A stretch of DNA of 54,772 nt from the IMG/VR virus record IMGVR_UViG_3300028430_000584, one strand, 5' to 3'. The position numbers were made by a program, and so were the translations under genes. The notes under the pieces were generated by a model. The model was not told the DNA's origin and ran no database searches. It saw only the letters and a list, made by a program, of their open reading frames with translations. Of this stretch, positions 52,949 through 54,772 are shown piece after piece. The first letter of the stretch is position 1. Each line of letters begins with the position of its first letter. The stretch comes from a virus.

Positions 52949-53311
52949 ATGCTCATCCCACCTACTCCACACAACTACCGGCCCCGTCTCACCCAGAAGC
53001 TCCGGCGCAAGATCGGTTGGCTCGTATCCATCTTGCCCGACCCTGATTCGATGCCCACGTCCGCTCAATCTCGTGACCTGAGCGACGTTCTTCGCTATCT
53101 CACCTTCCTCTCCAGCGAGGACACATGCCCAGCCCAGCCCGACGAAAGCCCCGAGTCCACTACTTCTCCCACCCTCGCTGCCCCGTCCTCACTTCCTCAG
53201 TCATCGCTGGACTCCAGCTCCTCCACTCCTCCTACTCCCTCGAATACCGCTCCCGCTCCATCAAACCCCAACCACCCACCCGAGCCGAACTCCGCCACCT
53301 CCACGCCCTGA
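52949..53311 (+). CDS. Hypothetical protein (120 aa); the C-terminal half is probably read-through
   Basis: ORF track. The first ~60 aa are varied. The rest is S/P/T-rich and overlaps 53125..53409. Confidence 0.35.
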   Translation: MLIPPTPHNYRPRLTQKLRRKIGWLVSILPDPDSMPTSAQSRDLSDVLRYLTFLSSEDTCPAQPDESPESTTSPTLAAPSSLPQSSLDSSSSTPPTPSNTAPAPSNPNHPPEPNSATSTP

Positions 53312-53409
53312 CCAACTGGCTCGCTCGCATGTCCGCCTTCTCCGTCTCGCTCGGTCCCCAAACGCCCACCCGCCGCTTCTCCCTCCCTCCCCCCAAGGCC
53401 CACCCATGA
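53125..53409 (+). CDS. Hypothetical protein (94 aa)
   Basis: ORF track. The alternative frame overlaps 52949..53311. Confidence 0.35.
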   Translation: MPSPARRKPRVHYFSHPRCPVLTSSVIAGLQLLHSSYSLEYRSRSIKPQPPTRAELRHLHALTNWLARMSAFSVSLGPQTPTRRFSLPPPKAHP

Positions 53410-53858
53410 AACTCTCCGAAGTCACCCTCGCCTGCGGCACCAAACTCTCCTCCCTCTCCCCCAGCGACCCCCTCTTCTACATCGACAAAGACGAGGTCCG
53501 CAAGATCACGTTCTGGGACATCATCACCCAACCCAGCGGTGACTGGATGATCTCCCACGCCACCACCACCCGCTACGCCATGTCCCGCCTCTACTCCACC
53601 GCAGCCTCGGCATGGGCCGTGCTCGCCGCTGAAAAGCAACGCGAACTCCGTGCCCTCTGCATCAAAGCCCAACCAGTCGGCACCCCCCAGAAATACTACA
53701 TCGGATTAGCACACGCAGAATGCGCAAACTGGATCTGTGACATCTTCACCGCTGGCGACAAGTGCGTCGCTTCTGCGCGCGCAAGCAACAAGGACGCCGC
53801 GACCTTCCGCGCCGCCTGTATCGCCTCTGCCCTCAACACCACCAACGCCGACCTCTAG
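53406..53858 (+). CDS. Hypothetical protein (150 aa)
   Basis: ORF track. ATGA overlap with the previous ORF. Confidence 0.5.
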   Translation: MKLSEVTLACGTKLSSLSPSDPLFYIDKDEVRKITFWDIITQPSGDWMISHATTTRYAMSRLYSTAASAWAVLAAEKQRELRALCIKAQPVGTPQKYYIGLAHAECANWICDIFTAGDKCVASARASNKDAATFRAACIASALNTTNADL

Positions 53859-53879
53859 CCCCCCGCAAGGAGCCCCGCA

Positions 53880-54311
53880 ATGACCGACCCCACCCCCGAG
53901 TACGAACAGATGGACGCGATCATGGTTGATTTCCGGCGGCTGGATTGGACGAACGGCGCAGAAAGCGGCGGCCTACTCGTCGATACTGGCGTCATCTCAG
54001 CCCTCGCCGCCCCGCTCGAAGCCGCGAACGCGAGGATCAGGAAGTTGGAGGCGGAGATTGCACCGCTTCGGCAGTTTGTCGGCCACAGCCTTGTGCTGTC
54101 TGCCTATCGCACCGCCGACGAGATGCGAACCCAGATCACCGAACTCCGCGAGGCCGTGAGGGTGTTGGCGAAGGAATGCCACACTTGGCGAAAGCGGCAC
54201 GATGTCGAGGACGTGAACCGCATGGGCTATTCGGATATTGACGCCGTGAACGCCAACCCCACCGCCCGCGCCGCGATCGAAGCGGCAAGGGCACAGGAGA
54301 ACAGCAAGTGA
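53880..54311 (+). CDS. Hypothetical coiled-coil protein (143 aa)
   Basis: ATG preceded by CAAGGAGCCCCGCA. Balanced base composition. Confidence 0.55.
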   Translation: MTDPTPEYEQMDAIMVDFRRLDWTNGAESGGLLVDTGVISALAAPLEAANARIRKLEAEIAPLRQFVGHSLVLSAYRTADEMRTQITELREAVRVLAKECHTWRKRHDVEDVNRMGYSDIDAVNANPTARAAIEAARAQENSK

Positions 54312-54655
54312 ACAAACTACCCGATCTGATCGAGGAACTGCGGATGCTGCTCGGGCGAAACGTTACGAGCGCGGGGTTCATCCGCGACCGTGCCATCGCG
54401 GAACTCACCCGCCTACGCCAGATCGAGGCCGACGCGAAGGCGGCGGGCCAGATCACGAGGGACGGGAAGTTCGCACGGCTCGGCATGAAGGTCTGGCACC
54501 CGAAGCACGCCAAGCCGAGTGAGTGTTTCATCGAACACCCCGAAGATGGGTTCTCAATCGAGATTGAAGAGGGGGAGAAGTTCTTCTACTGCCCCGTGTC
54601 CGACTGCTACTCCACCCGCGAAGCCGCCGAGGCGGCAAGAGAGGAGAAGGCATGA
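54308..54655 (+). CDS. Hypothetical protein (115 aa)
   Basis: GTGA/ATGA-type overlaps with both neighbours. ORF track. Confidence 0.55.
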   Translation: MNKLPDLIEELRMLLGRNVTSAGFIRDRAIAELTRLRQIEADAKAAGQITRDGKFARLGMKVWHPKHAKPSECFIEHPEDGFSIEIEEGEKFFYCPVSDCYSTREAAEAAREEKA

Positions 54656-54772
54656 CCGACCGCATGACGTGCCCGCAGTGCCGGTCGGTCAAGATCATCG
54701 TTGCCTATTGGAGAGATCCGCCTTCTTCGCTTTGCGCCTGCCGTGACTGTTGTTTAGTATGGAATGAGAGTA
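54632..54772. repeat. Terminal direct repeat, right copy; identical to 1-141
   Basis: Same 141-nt string as the window start. Confidence 0.95.
54652..54772 (+). CDS. 5' part of the zinc-ribbon gene, duplicate of 21..141 (truncated by the window end)
   Basis: Lies inside the 141-nt terminal repeat. Confidence 0.6.
   Translation, partial: MTDRMTCPQCRSVKIIVAYWRDPPSSLCACRDCCLVWNES

Overview
This window reads as one complete dsDNA phage genome, probably from a metagenome. Bases 1-141 are identical to 54632-54772, so the unique length is 54,631 bp and the contig closes on itself.

All function calls come from motifs read by eye in the supplied ORF translations. No homology search was run.

Layout:
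- A plus-strand early, replication and accessory block runs from about 41.7 kb, through the junction, to about 15.7 kb. It holds family A DNA polymerase, an ERCC4-type nuclease, a beta-helix tailspike, a holin and overlapping spanin cassette, a PD-(D/E)XK exonuclease and a Sak4-like ATPase.
- A minus-strand morphogenesis block spans 39.5 to 15.6 kb. It holds large terminase, portal, scaffold, capsid, tail and fibre genes, an embedded DXD glycosyltransferase, and internal virion proteins including an 1150-aa protein.
- One lone plus-strand SF3/D5-like helicase gene sits at 39.6-41.0 kb.
- No integrase, phage RNA polymerase, canonical tRNA or CRISPR array was recognised.

Most interesting observations:
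1. An early operon encodes a ThiS/ubiquitin-like beta-grasp protein ending in KGN, a 687-aa orphan, a JAMM/JAB metalloprotease and a ThiF/E1-like adenylating enzyme. The gene order matches bacterial Bil-type Ubl-E2-JAB-E1 systems, but here it is phage-borne.
2. An exact 13-16 nt element, CCCCC(C)ACTCAAGG(T/A)G, occurs 22 times on both strands, in intergenic and coding DNA. Eight copies sit 4-21 nt upstream of start codons. Every reverse copy has a nearby forward partner, giving seven convergent pairs.
3. Extreme G/C strand asymmetry is sharply bounded and flips sign across a 1.8-kb mostly non-coding region at 41.05-42.84 kb. It is independent of gene orientation. It depletes stop codons, so several genes carry long out-of-frame tails that overlap the next gene.

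Smaller items include a 16-nt perfect anti-16S super Shine-Dalgarno in front of a 13-codon Lys/Gly ORF, a 143-nt tRNA-like element, and compositionally foreign modules.
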